Origin: Squalus acanthias
Taxonomy: Eukaryota
NCBI GenBank assembly: GCA_030390025.1
Contig: CM059432.1
Coordinates: forward strand, 69,070,001-69,134,000
Length of the DNA stretch: 64,000 nt
Reading direction: 5' to 3'
The position numbers and the translations under genes were made by a program. This document shows, in pieces, positions 23,560 through 36,653 of the stretch (position 1 is its first letter; each line of letters opens with the position of its first letter). The notes below the pieces were generated by a model, which was not told the origin of the DNA, ran no database searches, and worked only from the letters and a program-made list of their open reading frames with translations.

Positions 23560-24200
23560 AATGTGAATGCACAGGATATTCAAACCAAATTGGAGAGTAA
23601 TAAGCATTAATAACTATTGAAGGATATGTTATAATGGCTATAACGGAGACATGTGGCTTCAGTTGGGACAAGCCTGCAAATTAAATATTCCTGGTTACAT
23701 TTGCGGGAGAGATAAGGAGTGAAAAGAGGAAGGGGTTGACAGTATTAGCATAGAATTCTATTGCTGCACTAGGACATAAGGATGCTCTAGGGGGATGTGA
23801 TAAGACAGAATTCATATGGATTGAATTAATGAACATGAAGGGAAATAGTGCAATTCTTTGTGTTCATTATAGGCCACCAAACAGTAGAGATGAGATAGAG
23901 GTAGAAACACAGATAAGAGAGATATGTAAGAACTACAGGGCAATAATATTGGGTGATTTTAACTATTCCAAGATAGACTGGAATAAAGGTAATGCATAAG
24001 GTTAAAGTGGGGCATGTTTTTAGAAGCATCCAGCACTGTTTCCTAGATCAGTTGTTTCTAGCCCAGCAATGAAAGAAGCATTACTTGATTTAGTTCTGGA
24101 AAATGAAGTTGGGCAAATAACTGATGTAAGAGTAGAACAACTGGAAAACAGTGACCTCAACATATTTAGGTTCAATGTAAGAATAGAAAATGTTAATAAA
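23560..24200 (+). mobile_element. Old CR1 endonuclease-region fragment
   Basis: Degenerate ITET/W, GDFN and LDLVL motifs (GCTATAACGGAGAC, GGGTGATTTTAAC, CTTGATTTAGTTCTG). Confidence 0.7.
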
Positions 24201-24234
24201 GAACTAAAAAGATAAGAGGGAATTTTTGGTTTTT

Positions 24235-25380
24235 GGCCTAGGCAGCTGAAGGCCCGACTACCAATTGTTTGGTGAAGGGAGGGAAAGATGCCCAAGGGGC
24301 TTGAGTCAAAGGAATAGACAATCCATGGAGGGGGGTTTTAGCACTGAAGAAGGTTACAGAGATAAGGAGGGGCAAGATGGATTTAAAGACAAAGATGGGA
24401 ATTTTAAATTTGAGCTGTTGAGCGACCTGGAGCAAATGCAGGTTAGTGAGGACAGGGGTGATGTTGTGTGGGACTTGGTGTGGGATAGAATACGAGGAGC
24501 AGAGTTTACAGAAGGTAGAGAATGGAAGGCTGGTGAGGTGATCATTGGAATAGTTGTGTTGTGGGGGTAACAAATGCGTGGCTGAGGGTTTCAGCAGCAG
24601 ATGGGCTGGGTAGGGGTGGAGGCGGATGTTATTACAGAGGTGGAATTAGGTGGTCTTTTTGATAGAAGGAATTTAGGGTCAACAGTCAGCTTGGGCTCAA
24701 CTAAGATGCCAAAGTTGCAAACGGTAATGGTGCAGGGTGGGAAGAGATGCTAACAGTAGAGATGCTTTGGCTACAATCAGATAGGTAAGGGTGGAACGAA
24801 GTGAGTACAGTCCCACCAAGCTAGACAATGGAGGTGAGACATTGGAGGAGGAGGGTGTGGTTGACCATATTGAAAGCTACACAGAGGTTAAGGAGGATGA
24901 GGAAGGATAATGCACCATAGTTACAGTCACAGTCACAGAGACTGTCATCCATTATTTGGTTTAGGGCCATTTCAGTGCTGTGGGAGGAGTGGAATTCTGA
25001 TTGGAGAGATTCAAACATAGAGTTGCAGAAGAGATGGACATTGATCTGGGAGGCAACAACGTGTTCAAGGAATTGAGCGGTAAGGAAAATGGAATTGGGG
25101 CACTAGTTTGCAAGAACAAAGGGGTCAACAGTGGTTATTTTGAGGACGGTAGTTTTGAAAAAAGTGGCATAGTGCCTGAGGGAACTATTTACAATGTCAC
25201 CCAGAATGGCTGCCAGGAAGGGAAGTTGGGTGATCAGGAGTTTAGTGGGAATGGGGTCGAAGGAGTAGGAGGTGGGCCTCATAAATGAGATGAGCTTGGG
25301 ATGAGAGGGTGAGAGGGCATGGGATGAGATGGGAGAGAAACTATAGAAAGGAGGGAGTTCAGGGCTAGGGAAGAGGCTGT
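24235..25380 (-). mobile_element. Old L2 LINE fragment
   Basis: Minus-strand LQSEFHSSHSTEMAL...LLNLCVAFNMVNHTLLL and HNITPVLTNLH are degenerate L2 RT motifs. Confidence 0.75.
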
Positions 25381-27249
25381 GGCGGTTTGGCTTGGTGGAG
25401 AAAGGGTAGGGTTAAAATTGCCTTCACACAGATCCTTTCTTTAAAAAAAAACTGTTAAAAAATACTCAATATCAATTTTACCCGAATAAAGATTGAGAAA
25501 TTTGTCTTCCTGCTTTTCTTCAAATAATTTTGAAAAACTTTGGAACAGAATCTACTGGAATCTGAAAACAAATGCTATCTGTACTGCTGTCTGAATGATA
25601 TTCATGCATCCTGGGAAATTAGGTACACTGCATATGCTCAGACTACACAATCCAAATTCCGCTCAGATTCACAGCTCTGGACAAAAATATCAAGTTCAAA
25701 CATAAGCTTTTGGGAGAGACTGAGGCTTTCAACTAAAAACTTTAATGAAGGCATTAAAACACACAAAAGACAATTCAATAGATAGCTTTTATCATATTGT
25801 TATAAAATATGTAAGTTTAAATTTTTTGTTTTTGTTTAAAGCCTTATTTTGGACATTAGAAAATTCCATTACTGAAATCAATGGTGATTGACATGTTTTT
25901 TTAAACAATTTGAGCAATTTGTGAGAAGCTGGTGGGCAGAGTGGGCTATTAGAGTGATGAGTTTACATAGTCAAACCACATTATCAATGTAGATATAGGA
26001 ATTATAATGAGAAAAAGTTGACAGAGAAAATAAGTTAAGTATGACAACAGGAAATCAAAATATAGAGACATGAAATGTACACAGGCATAACACTTTTGAT
26101 AAGATATAGATAGATATAAATATTTGTACTTTTCTATTATGAAAAACCTGATAAACACCTGTGAGAAGCAGAATCTGTGATTGCCAACACCTCTAAGAAT
26201 GGATTTTTTTTTAGTCAATCACCTCTTTTGGATAAATATATTTAATAAAAAATCTTTCTCTTCTGAACCATTTTTGAGGCTTACGGAATGTTTCAATAGA
26301 AAACTTTCTTGTAGTGCCTGCAAGAATGCATTAGTGATGGCTGCCCCAGCCTGAGTCAATCCACTTTGTTAGGTGGAACAGAGTCTTCCATCGGCCCAAA
26401 TGAGCTAAAGAAAGTCTTCAGTTCCGATTGGAGCCACTCCAACTAGAAAAGGTAATCTCTGCATTCCCAGATTGATTAGTGAAGGCCTCAGTGGGACTTA
26501 TGCCAGGTTTCAACTGGCATGAGTTCTGTTGAGGCCTTTGAAGGGCTGGGAATGCACCCCCCTCCCCCTTCCTGATATGCCCTCTTGACATGGGGAGAGT
26601 AGATGGATGACGTCTATGACATTTCTCCAAGGTTTTTCACCAAAGTTGCGGAGGACAATTGGGAGAATCCTTGCAGAAATTCAACCTCATACAGTGTGAA
26701 AAAGCATGATAGGCCAATGTAAGCCTGGCTAATTAGTAGATCTCATCAGTGTGATCATAACACAATAACATTTGCTGAACTAGATTATTTTATACTTTAT
26801 AGTTTATTAATATGTATATATCAGGAAATTACAGACACACTGTCTGTGATTTTCAACCATTGAAATCAGTGAATGGAAAATTGTTGGCAGTCTGGGTTTT
26901 ACAGATTTAGGGGCCAAAAATCCTTGACCCTTCTGGCGCACTCCAGGACTGCCATAATGGCAGTTCCTGCTTCTCTGGCTTGAGTGCTGGTCGGGGCAGG
27001 ATCGGAGGATGGTTAGGTGAAAATGGTGGCTATAGGGCTCATCTTGGGGGTTCAGTCCAAGGACCATGGTCTGGACCCCAGAAAATAGAGGTACTATTCT
27101 TTACTCAGCCTACAGCAGGACCTGAACAACATCCATACTTGAGGTGACAAGTGGCAAATAATGTTGCTGTTGGTCATAACTAAGCTGTACATTGAGAAAT
27201 TTATATCCTTTCCTGTTCATATACGTCTGGGCATTGATCAAGGAGGCAT

Positions 27250-27450
27250 GTATGGTCATGTGAATGCAATCTACGACTCCTTGGACCTTGAAACTTGAAA
27301 TTTGCTGTCAAGCTGAACAATCTGATGAAATTGCCAGCTCCAGAGAACAATGCATCCATCACTTGCTTGATGCAGCTGGGCACAGAGTTTAGCTTATGTT
27401 GCAGACGGCTCCAGTGGAAGCTTGGCATGACCCGTAGCATAAAGGTTAAA
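27250..27450 (-). pseudogene. Highly degenerate Harbinger transposase fragment
   Basis: CIKQVMDALFSGAGNFI and KVQGVVDCIH align to [17 protein letters not shown] and RVQ*VIDCTH of the transposase at 32027-33252. Confidence 0.6.
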
Positions 27451-29808
27451 GGCAGTTGTGCCCGTACACTACTGGCAGGATGGTGAGGAATATGTTGGAG
27501 GTGGGCTGCAGGTCTACTTGTAGCATATTTTGCAACTCTGTGACAGTTTCCTTTGGAAAGCAAAGCCACTACAGATACTGCTGTCATATCAAATGCAAGA
27601 AAGTTTGCATCTGCCTATATATTCTGATATGAGTTACGGTGAGTGGATGCCATATGCTTGAAGTGTGGCATCACCAGCCTGGTTTCCCTTCATTGCTCCT
27701 CCTGTCCTTCTTCCAAGGAACAAAGCTAGAAGGGGATTCCCAATGGCCACAACATTATGTCCTGTCTGAAAGGGGGGTTGGCGGGGAGAGAATTTCAGCA
27801 CCTCAGCAAATGCCACAGAGGAAAATGGCAAAGTAGATAGCAACAGTGAAAAACTGAAAAGAAATTTAAAAAACTTAAGAGTAGTAAGGTTTTAACAGTA
27901 TCTGTTAATGCATAAATGTATCCCTTTAAGCTTATTTTACCTTCGGGGCAGTGGATGATGTAAGGCATCATCATGTCATTACTGCCTTATTTGCATGCGC
28001 CTGCCCAAAAATGGGTAGATGCTTCCACAGGCTGCTAGAAATCATGACAAAAAAGCAGTGGCTGCAAAGGTGGGTGTGGGGATCCTGCATAATAGATCCT
28101 TGTCCCAATTCCTGCCCTCACCCATCCGCTTGCTGTCACAAAATCGGGTGGATCCAAGTGCAAACTTCAGCAAATGGTATAAAAATATCACAGGGTTTCA
28201 CTAGTGTCACTGAAAATGATGAAAAGAAAATGTCTAGGACAAATATTTAGCAAGTAATTACTAATAGATCAAAGTAAATCTACACGGCACCTTTGTGCAA
28301 GTAGTGCAATTATAATGGTGTGTAGTGGAAGTACAGTACAGGCAAGGGCACAAAGTCTGAAGCTTTCTTTAGAAAATTTCCCCTAACAACTGCTGCCAAA
28401 ATAAAGGGAATTTTTTTGATATAATTAATCACAGCGTGAACAGATATTTAAATCTATTGTTAACAGTAAAATAGAGGAAAGAGCATATAATATCTACTGA
28501 ACCGACAAACCAAAAGAGGGAAGAATTTCTTCCTGTTATCTAATGTTGCATTGGCATGATATTAGACTCTAAGTGAAGTAAGTGTCTGAATCAACCCCTA
28601 AATCGAAATGGCTTTCTGTACCCTTTCAACAAATTATTAGACACGTATATCACTTTTATTATAATTAATGTGCTAATGTTATTATAAAAACAGTTTCTCG
28701 ATGTTCTAAATATTAATGAGTTTAGTGTTGCTCATGAAATGAAATCAATGGTCTAAAGCTCAACATTTTGCTTTTTGCACCCAATAACATTAAGCACTGC
28801 TGGGTTAGGTATAGTTTGGACTACATGCAATTATTGCTCTCTTTGGATGCCCAATAGTGCCCTCTGATCCATAACCTAAGAAAAGATCTCAATTTTTCAG
28901 ACAACCTTCCTTTATGTCCGTTCTTAAAAATGTTATACTTGCCATAATAAGTAATAAAAATATCTGGATACTTTTGTATTATAGACTCACGTCCAGCGAG
29001 AGTTTGTTGGAGAGAGTCCATGTTAGTTAGTTGTCTAATACCAGCTACTGACTATTCTCTTGGGGAAGGGGGATAAGCAAGTTCTATTTAGGACTTAATT
29101 GGCTTCAAGATTACAATGAAAAATTGGAACCAATTCAATCCTTTGTGGCAGATTTATTAATCTGACAACTCTGCAAAGGAAATTTGCATTTGTTGATGAA
29201 CCAGCCTGGCTCATTAATGGGTCCAAGAGGACCTGTTATGGGGAGGTGGGATTCTTCCCTCTCAGTTCCATATCCTAACAGGTATAGTGATCCTGGCTGG
29301 ACAAACACTAGTTATCAACATTCTGTGCTGGTAAGATGCAGTTTAAAAATCCAGTGATGTCCCTATGTACACTAGCGCTCTCTAAGCCTTGAAACTTGCT
29401 AAACTCCGCCTAAGCACTTTGAAATGAGATAAATGGGATATATTTTTATGGGGAGACTGTGCACTGTATATCAGGTAAACAGAATGTTTAGTAAAAAGCA
29501 AAGTACTAGAAATCTGAAACAGAAAGTCTGGCCGCGATTTCGCCTACCTGGGCAGCTTCAAGGCGGGAGAGGTCGGCGGCAGGGGGAGGCCCCACTGCTG
29601 CGTGGATCTCATTGATAAATCGAATCTTGCCCTAATGTCCCTTGTTAGGCCCACCCTGTGCGTTTTCCAGCCCTATTAAAGGGTGCGGGTCTGGTGACGT
29701 CACCAGATGATGCGATTATTGCCAGTTTATTTAAAGGGTCATGGCCCCAGTTACTGTCAGTTGCAAATTGATAGCATTCAGTGCTGTCTGTGTTTGAGTC
29801 TCTGCGAT

Positions 29809-31740
29809 ATGAGCTTGCAGCGCCAACGAGCAGCACCTCGCTTCACAGATGAGTCCCTCCATCATCTTGTGGAGGGAGTGAGAGCATGTAGGGAGGTTCT
29901 CTTCCCTGCGGACAGCAGGAAGAGGCCTCCCCAGCAGAGAAAGGCAGTATGGCTGCAGATATCGCAGGAGGTTACGGGGCTGTCATTGGTGGTTCGCACC
30001 TGGGTGCAGTGCCGCAAGAGGTTCAATGATCTAGTAAGATCAGAAAAAGTGAGTATTAAACCAAAATTACCTTGATACTGCTGTGCGTCTCATCACATTC
30101 GCACCACTCTACATTGCCACCCCTACTCCTGCACAACGCTACACAGCCCAACATCCCTTGTACCTTCATCCATCCCTCTAACTCTATCTGCATTATCAGG
30201 TCGCCATCTTACTATGCAACCCTTACACTGAGCCTCATCGTTATGCAATAACAGCAACTAACAACACAAAAAGAGGGAACTTGATATTGCCAACCCACTT
30301 CATCAAATTGTCAGTGCAAAGCTCTATGCCATTCCATTCCTTACACTCATACCACCACTCTCACTGAACCTTCTTTCCCTCCTTGCAGGAAAAGCGAGCC
30401 CACAATAAGAGGGAGAGGGAGAGAACAGGAGGAGGGCCTCCACAAACCATGTCATATCTGCCGAGTGCAGAGGAAGCAGCACTGGAGATTGCTGGAGTGG
30501 TGGACATTCCGGAAGTGGGGGACGGAGAGAGGGGCTCAGTAGAAGAAGCTGGTGACAGAATGAATTTCCATACAATTACATGCCTTTCATCATTGCCTCC
30601 TATGGGGTGTGATGTCAAGACAAGATGAATGCTCATCATGTGGATAATGGTATGTGTCTGCAGTAGACATTCTGTATATCTAACTGATGTCTTCACTCTC
30701 CCACAGGTCCATCAAGAGCCCCCCCCAATGTCCACGAGCAACAGCAAGAAGACTCCTCAGAGGAGCCTGCTGCCTCTGAGGGCACAGCGTCACCTCAGAC
30801 AACGCAACCCAACACAAGCGTAGAGTCACACATCTTGGTGGGTATGTTGCGAGATAGAGTAGTGTTGTCACCTGGTGTCTCACAGATCACAACTGAGCAG
30901 CAGCAGATGGTGGAGACATTGACAACAGTGGAGACTCCTCGTCGGAGGGTGCAAGAGTCTCCCAGCTCTGCTCAGCTGCATTCAGACGCTGAGCCTCGGG
31001 GGCGATCCAGGAAGAGGGCGATCCTGGAGCTGCAGGAACAAGTGCAGGAGGCTCTGACTGGTTTTGTGACCGCGGTGACTGCGAGTGTGCAGAGAATGGA
31101 GGAGTCCATCTCCAGCATGAGTAACACCGTGGCGCACTCACTGGCAACTATAGCTTCCTCCATGGATAGGATGTCCACCTGCATGGAGGAGACATGGTGC
31201 CAGTCGCATGAGAACATGGTTTCGCTTCAAAATAGATGCTCATCTATGGAGGAGAGGTGGGGAAAAATGGAGGAGAGATGGGCATCTATGGAGGAGAGAA
31301 ACCAGAGGCTCATAGACGTCCTTTGTAGGAGGGATGTCAGTATAGAGGTGGGCCCTCATGGCCCCACTGAAGTGCAGCAAGGTGTTCTCCAGCTACTTAC
31401 TAGCAGGGAAGTGTGGGTGGCCCATGTGAGGGATGATGGTGGGAGGGAACATGGAAGTGGGGGCTCCGTTCCAAGCGCTCTGACTTCCACCCCCTTGCCA
31501 ACCCCTCGGTCAGAGCCCCAGATGCCTCCCCGGACAGTGATGGCCGAGTCTGCGCATGCACAGTTGCAGGAGGAGCAGACTTTGGCGGAGCCATCAGTGG
31601 CTCCAAAACCCAGAGGACGACCGCCAAAGGCATCTAAGCAGGCGCAGCATGGAGATGAGGAGGCTGCCTCTACCTCTGCTGAAGCCGCAGGGGTAGCACA
31701 ATGTAGAAGTGCCTGGAAAAGAAAGATCCTACACAAATAG
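29809..31740 (+). CDS. Harbinger Myb/SANT-like DNA-binding protein; predicted exons 29809-30048, 30389-30551, 30707-31740 (478 aa)
   Basis: APRFTDESLHHLVEGV...W..I......RTWVQCRKRFNDL followed by RERTGGGPP. GT-AG introns (AA|GTGAGT...TTGCAG|GA; TG|GTGACA...CCACAG|GT) have compatible phases 0 and 1, and the spliced frame is open to the stop. Confidence 0.8.
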
Positions 31741-32026
31741 TCACAAGGATAGTCACTCGGGTGTGTCTTTCTTTATCAATGTCATGTTAGTATTCTATGA
31801 AGTGCTGCTAATAAATCATCTAATTGTCACACTTGGAGGTCATTGGCAAATTTGTGTGATGAAATGGAAGTGGCAGAGTGAGGGGTCAGGACTCATTTCA
31901 CACTGAGCAATGGTGGTGAGAGTCAAAACAAGGGATGAATCATTGTTTGAATGCTGCATGATGTTGGTGTTGGGTGATGCAAACCTGCGCATGTGGGTGG
32001 CAGCCACATGTATGAGCAGCATGATG

Positions 32027-33252
32027 TTATTGAAATCTGCCATTGATAAGGGTATCCCTGGCGTGGCGAGCAGCAACATGCTCGTGTACTGGTCTCAATG
32101 GGACCACCAGCTTATCCAAGTGTTCCTCATCCTCATAACCAACCTCATGGTGAGCCCCCTCGTCCTCCGATGAGGCTCTGCGCTCAGCGGCGTCTTCCTC
32201 ATCTAGTACTAATCCTCGCTGCTGCGCTGCATTGTGCAGGGCGCAGCAGACGATGGCTAATCGCAAGACCCTAGCTGGTGCATACTAAAGGGCTCTCCGG
32301 ATCTGTCGAGGCATCTGAAGTGCATTTTGAGCAAGACTATTGTCTGCTCGATGACACTTCTTGTGGAGATGTGGCTTTGATTATAACGTCCCTCAGGTTC
32401 ATTTGTTGGCCTCCTCAAAGCTGTCATGAGCCACATCTTCAGGGGCTAGCCCTTGTCTCCAAGCAACCAGCCGCCAAGACTGTTTGGCGGTGCGAAGAGC
32501 TGAGGGACGGTGGAGTGGCGCAGGATGTACGAGTCATGGCAGCTGCCAGGGAACTTGGCGCACACATGAATGATAATCTTCCTATGGTTGCAGACCAGCT
32601 GAACGTTAAAGGAGTGGAAGCCCTTGCGGATAACAAATGCTACTGGGTTGTGATGGGGTGCCCTGATAGCCACATGTGTGCAGTCGATGACTCACTGCAC
32701 CCGTGGGAAGCCAGCTAGAGCAGCAAAGCCAAGTGCACGTTCATTGACAGTGGCTTCATCAGTGGCAAAATTAATATAATTTGCAGACTTGTTAAAGAGG
32801 GCGTCGGTCACCTGTGCGATGCATCTGTGTGCGGCCGACTGCGAGATGCTGCAAAGGTCTGCTGCAGATGCCTGGAAGGAGCCTGAGGTGAAGAAGTTCA
32901 GGGCGAGGGTGAGTTTGATAGCCACTGGTAAGGAGTGTCCATCCCTTCCTCTGGGCTGCAGGTCTTGCTCCAGTAAAGCGCAAATATCAGCGATGACCTG
33001 GCGCGATAGCCTGAGCCTCCTTTGGCACTGCTGCTCCGTCATGTTGAGGAAGCTCATCCTCTGCCTGTATACCCTGTTTTGGGGGTATGGCCTCCGATGC
33101 AGTGCAGCCCTGCGCTGTGCAGCATCAGGTGGTTGAGGAGAAGGTTGGCGCTCTTGTTGTTGCTGCTGCTGCTGGTGTGGCTGGTTCTGCTGCTGTGGCT
33201 GAGCGTCATCAGATTCGGAGGACCAAGGTGACAGAGCATAAATCACGCCCAT
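32027..33252 (-). pseudogene. Harbinger DDE transposase (HARBI1-like), disabled
   Basis: HTH region plus VIDCTH, GDKG and VIEQ catalytic motifs; stops at about 32692, 32446 and 32287, and a 1-bp frameshift near 32295. Confidence 0.92.
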
Positions 33253-34054
33253 TCTGATGATTCATATGGCAGGTGAAGTTCAGATGACAGAACCAATCTA
33301 TCAAGGGTTAGATATGATGTTGCAAGGAGGTGACAGTGAATAGAGAGTTTTCTGCAAACACTTCCCAAATGCATAAAGCTTAAAAATCTGTTCCAAATAC
33401 TCAAGCCTCAAGCTTCTGAGATTGGAAAGTGACCAGTTGTAAAATGGTACGTGTGAAATGACTTTTGCAGCTGTCCCCTATTGAAAGAAATGGAGAGTTG
33501 TTCAAAACCCGACATACTTACCTGGCGTGATCCCCGAGTAACGGGAACCTCGTGGAAAACTTGGAAAAATACTTTGTGCCTGCTAAAATGGTGAGTAAAT
33601 TAGTTTAAACACCCTCTCAACTAGCACAATTGAATGACCCGCCATTTAGTGCCGTGTCTGCAAAGCGCAGGCAGAACCGGCACCAGGGAAACTCACAAGG
33701 AGGCAGGTTTAGAGTGGGATATCACCCCGCTGTCAATCATTTGGATTTTGACAGCAGACCCGCCTCCAAACCCGCCCTCTGAGCGTCGGCAAAATTCAGC
33801 CCTCTATCTGTGTGAAATTTTTGGTATCTTAAGCGTGATGATGGTTTTCTGCAAATATCAGACCCCCATCTGGCCAAAAATAAATCGTCTCAAGTTGGTT
33901 TATGCCTCACAATGAAAGCAGGAAGGGAGGATTTCAAGAGGAAGGGGCATGGAGCCTGAAAAAGCAGCCACCAATGGTAGAGCAGAATGTATGGGAAACA
34001 AGGTGTAATTGGTGTTGGATGAGCAGAAGCCATAAGCAGGAATATACGTTCAAA

Positions 34055-34201
34055 ATTGGGAATTGGATATATATTTGAAAAGGAAAAATTTGCATGGCTA
34101 TGGGGAAAGAGCAGGGGAGTGGGACTAATTGGATAGCTCTTTCAAAGAGCCGGCACAGGCACGATGGGCTGAATGGCCTCCTCTGTGCTGTAAGATTCTA
34201 T
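34055..34201 (+). mobile_element. CR1 3' end
   Basis: GAGCCGGCACAGGCACGATGGGCTGAATGGCCTCC...GATTCTAT matches a CR1 3'UTR. Confidence 0.8.
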
Positions 34202-34392
34202 GGGGGAAAAATTCAGTTGCTTTGTGCCTCCCGTTAGCGTCCTAAGAGGGCGCTAACGGGGCGCAAAGCAATCTAGCACCCGGGCGCGGCGCCGCCAACA
34301 CCTCCCGCGAAATTCAGTGGGAGGTTAGCGGCGGTGGTAACTGTTAGCACCTCGCGGCGCTGCGCCGCCGGCAATGACGTCATCGCCGTGCA
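34202..34392 (+). mobile_element. MITE family A (or close relative), left end only
   Basis: Starts GGGGGAAAAATTCAGTTG and aligns with 60259-60445. Confidence 0.75.
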
Positions 34393-34549
34393 CATTTTCT
34401 CTCTATCCAATCTATCAAAACCTTTCATAATTTTAAAGACCTCTATTAGGTCACCCCTCAGCCTTCTTTTTTTCAAGCGAAATGGATCAGCCTGTTCATC
34501 CTTTCCTGATAGGTATACCCTCGCATTTCTGGTATCATCCTTGTAAATC

Positions 34550-35351
34550 TTGAGAGGGGCGGGTTGCATATGCTGGGGGTGCGGGTGGGTGGGGGAGAAG
34601 GAGTTTTGGTCGGGAAATCAGGAAGCCTGGGTTTCCCCACATGCTGTGGAGTTCATACGTCTTTTCTTTAGCAGGTTACCTGAAGTCAGCCTGATTGACA
34701 GTCTTGGCTTCCTGTCGGGTGGGGAGGACTCAGGAGGCAGGCCGCAGGAGCAGGAGCAGGATCAGGTATGGAACCTGCTGCTACATTAGTGGGAGCATGT
34801 GGTGGGAATCCGGATCTTAGGGGGTCCAATTCCCAATCTGGGGTGGGGGGGTGTTGGATCCCGGGCGGATTCGAATCCCGAGGGGGGGTCCAATCCCTGG
34901 GGGGGGGGGGTTGTCGGATCCCGGGGAGGTGGGGGGCCCGATCCCCAATCCCGGGGTTGGCGGGGGGTGGTTCCGATGGTGGGGTGGGGAGTCCAATTGC
35001 GGAGGGGGGGTCTGATGGTAGGGAAGAAGGTAGCTTGGGGAGCCAGGGGGAAGCACTCCTGCTCCTCCTGATCCACAAGCAGTGCTGTCCTCGCTTCCCT
35101 TGAGCTGCTGGGTTTCCCGAGGCCTGGAGAACCTGTGAAGCAGGTTAAATGTGAGGCTCCCAGCCTTATTACTGTATTTAAATAGACAACCTGCCTCCTG
35201 GGAGCGAGTTGGCTGCCCAACCCCACCTTGCCTCCGTGAAAGACAGAAGTGGGCAGGTTGGAGGCAGGTTGGAGTCGAGTTTGAGATTTAAAAAATTTTT
35301 ACATCTCAGCTGACCACAACCCACCCATTTTTGGGAGTTAAAATTACCCCC
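34550..35351. mobile_element. GC/G-rich putative non-autonomous Harbinger-type element fragment
   Basis: G-run-rich core at 34800-35050 and terminus AAAATTACCCCC resembling other Harbinger-type ends in the window; left end not found. Confidence 0.45.
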
Positions 35352-36653
35352 TCTGACCCACCTGCCTTTTGAGCACGGTCCCCGACTGGGAGTGCAGGAT
35401 CAGTGAATTTACCTGATAGATCAGTGTGGAATTGAAAAGGTTAAAGCACACAGTACGAATGCTGTAGTAATTCTTGCTGGTTTGTTATTAGTTGACGGCT
35501 TTGGAACAAAACGGGGTTAATTTAGTTTAATTAAAGGAGCTGTAATGAACTATTTACTGTCTCTGTGTGTCCACAGTAAGAAAACCTATGCTTCTAATTT
35601 CTAATAAGCTCATATGTGGTTCTTCACATGTGAATTGGCAATGCCAGCTGTGTCATTAGAAGGGTTTTGCAAGCAGAGGGCAGATGATTCCCGACTAGGA
35701 GGAAAGGTTGGAGTCAGTCTGAACCTCTCTTGCATTCATTTTCAGGATCAGTTACAGTGCCAATATTGAATCCAGCCACCAATGTGCCACCTCAGTCGGC
35801 AGATCAATACATGACATGGGGGAGGGAAGCTCTTAGGAGAAGAAGAAAATAAATAAAATATAAAACCAAAACAAACAAAAACATGTTAAATAATTTTCAT
35901 TTTGAAATATTAATTTTGGTATTGCAATCAGTAGCCAAGATCTAATCCTTAACCATGTTTTGCACTTCAAGCTTTCATGCAACTCAGAAAATATGCAACA
36001 ATGTGGCTTCAGAGAATTGTTTAATGTGCAAACAGTTTCCTGTTGCAGTGCAGTAATGTTGCTGACTGCCAGCCTCCAGACTTTCTGGGAAGGAGACAAA
36101 AGGAACCGGGTGCTGTTTGTGACCTGAAACTCAGGAACACTGGACACGGGCGCAAAGGGAAACATATTTACAACTTTTAATGGCCTAAACTCCCAGGAGC
36201 ATCTCTGGGAACATATACTCAGAGGGAGTTACACAACAGTAGTAAACAAAGCTTGACAATCACTTAAAGGGAAATGCCCAACTTCCTGGAAGATATTTTA
36301 CAATTGATTTGAGTTTGTCATTTCATTTTAGCAAGTTTCTTTGCTAAAGAAAGTATAGTGAAAATGGTAATAATAGTAAACAATAATACAAGAACATAAG
36401 AATTAGGAGCAGGAGTAGGCCATACGGCCCCTCGAACCTGCTCCGCCATTCAATAAGATCATGGCTGATCCTTGATCTCAACTCCACTTTCCCACCCGAT
36501 CCTCATATCCCTTGATTCCCCTAGAGTCCAAAAATCTATCTATCTCAGCCTTGAATATGCTCAACGACTCAGCATCCACAGACCTTTGGGCAGAGAATTC
36601 CAAAGATTCACAACCCTATTGTAATATATGTGGGTAGAACAAATGAAGGACAG

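Larger units (their letters stand above)
29530..33802. mobile_element. Complete PIF/Harbinger DNA transposon (4273 bp) with two convergent genes
   Basis: Imperfect TIRs GGCCGCGATTTCGCC and GGCAAAATTCAGCCC (10/15 match); 3-bp TSD TCT at 29527-29529 and 33803-33805; Myb/SANT gene on + and DDE transposase on -. Confidence 0.88.

Noticed and set aside
32027..33252. Host HARBI1 gene
   Set aside because: It is disrupted and lies inside TIRs and a TSD, so it is a transposon copy.
34686..35226. Pro/Gly-rich collagen- or extensin-like ORFs
   Set aside because: They arise from G/C runs; there is no sustained Gly-X-Y period and no splice support.
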